DNA of 32,000 nt from contig NC_013849.1 in assembly GCF_000025505.1 (NCBI RefSeq), positions 870,001 through 902,000 of the forward strand, in the 5' to 3' direction. This document shows, piece after piece, positions 30,827-32,000 of this stretch. Under the pieces are notes generated by a model. That model did not search any database. It was not told the DNA's origin and worked only from the letters and a program-made list of their open reading frames with translations. This DNA comes from Ferroglobus placidus DSM 10642. GTDB lineage: Archaea > Halobacteriota > Archaeoglobi > Archaeoglobales > Archaeoglobaceae. Both the position numbers and the translations under genes were made by a program. The first letter of the stretch is position 1. The number at the start of each line of letters is the position of its first letter.

Positions 30827-31966
30827 TCAAGTTTTTCTAACAGTTACGCTACCAACTAACGCAAAGGTGCCGGCTAAGATTAGAGGTATTCTGAAGCTTC
30901 CCGTAACGTCTGCGAGAAATCCTGCCACGCTCGGACCTATCATCTGACCGACTCCGAAGAAGAGCGTGACGAAGCCTATAGCTGCTGAAGCCGAGCTTTT
31001 TCCAGCAAGATCACCGCAGTAGGCTTGGACTAAAGGAGGAATAGCGAGCATCGACGCTCCAGCCAATATCGTTGCTAAAACAGCCATGGGTAAATTAGTC
31101 GAGAGACCGAAGAGAATGAAAGCCACACCCATAATCGTGTAGACGGAAAAAAGTGCTCTCTTCCTTCCTATAGCATCTGAAATTTTCCCCCAGAGAATCG
31201 CGCTAATTATCGACAAAATCCCGACGAGGGACCACATACCGCTTGCTATCTCGTACTCAACCCCTATTTTGATGAGGTGAGACGTGTAGAATGTCACGAA
31301 AACTATGTAGGACAGACCGAAGAAAACGTAGGAAAAGCCGAGGGTTAGAAGGCTCCTCGATCTGTATACATCTCCCACCTCTATCTTAGTTTCCGGAACG
31401 AATTCCGCCGGAGTTTCTTTGAGTTTCAAGGAAAGAACCGTGACGAACAAGCTTATTAAAGCGAGAAAAACCCATCCAGCCCTCCAGTCGTAGGAGAGAA
31501 TAACTAAAGGCAAAGTTATTCCGGCGAAGATTATTCCTACGCTCGAACCAGCGTTTATCACCCCGAGGGCAAAGCCCCTCCTCTCTATTTCGAACCATTT
31601 CGCCGCCAAGCCGACGAGACCAACGTTAACTCCAGCAGAGCCGACTCCGGTGAGAAACCTGTAGATGCTTGCGTCGAAGAATCCGGTGGAGAAGGAGGTT
31701 AAGAATAACGTTACTGTGACTAAGAAAAGAGTCGACACAACGACAATCTTCGATCCGAGCCTCGAAGCGAGATAACCTACGAAAGGAGAAAAGAGAACGT
31801 ATCCGAGGAAGTTAGCCGAAGCGATCGCTCCCATTTCCGTGTAGCTAAGATTTAAACCTTCCTTCATCGGCTCGAGGATGACCGTGTAAGCAAACCTAGC
31901 CAAACCTAACCCTACGAAAATTCCGAGTAATCCTACGATAAGGGTGTAAACTTCCTCCCTCTTCAT
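30827..31966 (-). CDS. MFS transporter (YbfB-like)
   Basis: 379 aa with about 12 hydrophobic segments. The N-terminal GLARFAYTV..P.M pattern matches the YbfB-type MFS subgroup. Confidence 0.85.
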   Translation of the reverse strand: MKREEVYTLIVGLLGIFVGLGLARFAYTVILEPMKEGLNLSYTEMGAIASANFLGYVLFSPFVGYLASRLGSKIVVVSTLFLVTVTLFLTSFSTGFFDASIYRFLTGVGSAGVNVGLVGLAAKWFEIERRGFALGVINAGSSVGIIFAGITLPLVILSYDWRAGWVFLALISLFVTVLSLKLKETPAEFVPETKIEVGDVYRSRSLLTLGFSYVFFGLSYIVFVTFYTSHLIKIGVEYEIASGMWSLVGILSIISAILWGKISDAIGRKRALFSVYTIMGVAFILFGLSTNLPMAVLATILAGASMLAIPPLVQAYCGDLAGKSSASAAIGFVTLFFGVGQMIGPSVAGFLADVTGSFRIPLILAGTFALVGSVTVRKT

Positions 31967-32000
31967 AACTAAAATAAAATGATTTATTATGTCTTTTTAA

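Noticed and set aside
1-32000. Searched by eye for CRISPR-like spaced repeats, rRNA/tRNA genes, IS elements, integrases and canonical defence genes.
   Set aside because: None found. The only toxin-antitoxin or defence-type element is the vapBC pair at 29361-29956.

Overview
This is a dense, chromosomal-looking archaeal window with about 40 protein genes. Many are translationally coupled through ATGA or short overlaps. The gene content includes F420-dependent Mtd, a tungsten AOR-family enzyme, beta-oxidation genes, GGAGGTGA-type Shine-Dalgarno sites and short TATA-only (probably leaderless) promoters. Together these suggest an Archaeoglobales-like hyperthermophilic euryarchaeon; that is inference from content, since no search was run.

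Gene order, left to right:
- A 4-gene operon: threonine-synthase-family PLP enzyme (cysteate synthase-like, cut by the window edge), fused sulfopyruvate decarboxylase ComDE, YjjX-type NTPase, and a radical SAM protein.
- A small membrane protein and a 4-OT tautomerase.
- A thiolase / acyl-CoA dehydrogenase / 3-hydroxyacyl-CoA dehydrogenase operon.
- A Tat-exported formate-dehydrogenase-clade molybdo/tungstopterin enzyme with a 4x[4Fe-4S] subunit and an NrfD/PsrC-type membrane anchor. It is convergent with an hxlR / MvhD-domain polyferredoxin / TorD-like chaperone operon.
- An FTR1-type iron permease, then purD.
- A P-loop-less RecA/KaiC-like protein and winged-helix proteins.
- mtd coupled to a 2-TM K+ channel and a separate RCK protein.
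- An operon of a degenerate cis-prenyltransferase paralog, a PUA protein and a bactofilin-like protein, divergent from a DUF92 membrane protein.
- A secreted Lon-type (S16) protease with a PGF-CTERM-like tail.
- AOR, a HAD hydrolase, ketopantoate reductase, vapBC, an enoyl-CoA hydratase and an MFS transporter.

I saw no CRISPR array, rRNA, tRNA, transposase or integrase, and I cannot point to a clear-cut novel multi-gene system.

The observations most worth follow-up are:
1. An unannotated H/ACA-type guide sRNA candidate with its own TATA box at about 14354-14440 (minus strand).
2. An envelope/isoprenoid-themed neighbourhood at 21.6-26.0 kb.
3. The hybrid architecture of the FDH-clade respiratory module and its HdrA/MvhD-like neighbour.
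4. A CoM-type sulfonate module whose first two genes are separated only by a perfect 8-nt tandem duplication.
5. Two strong operator-like palindromes, one of them iron-box-like in front of the iron permease.
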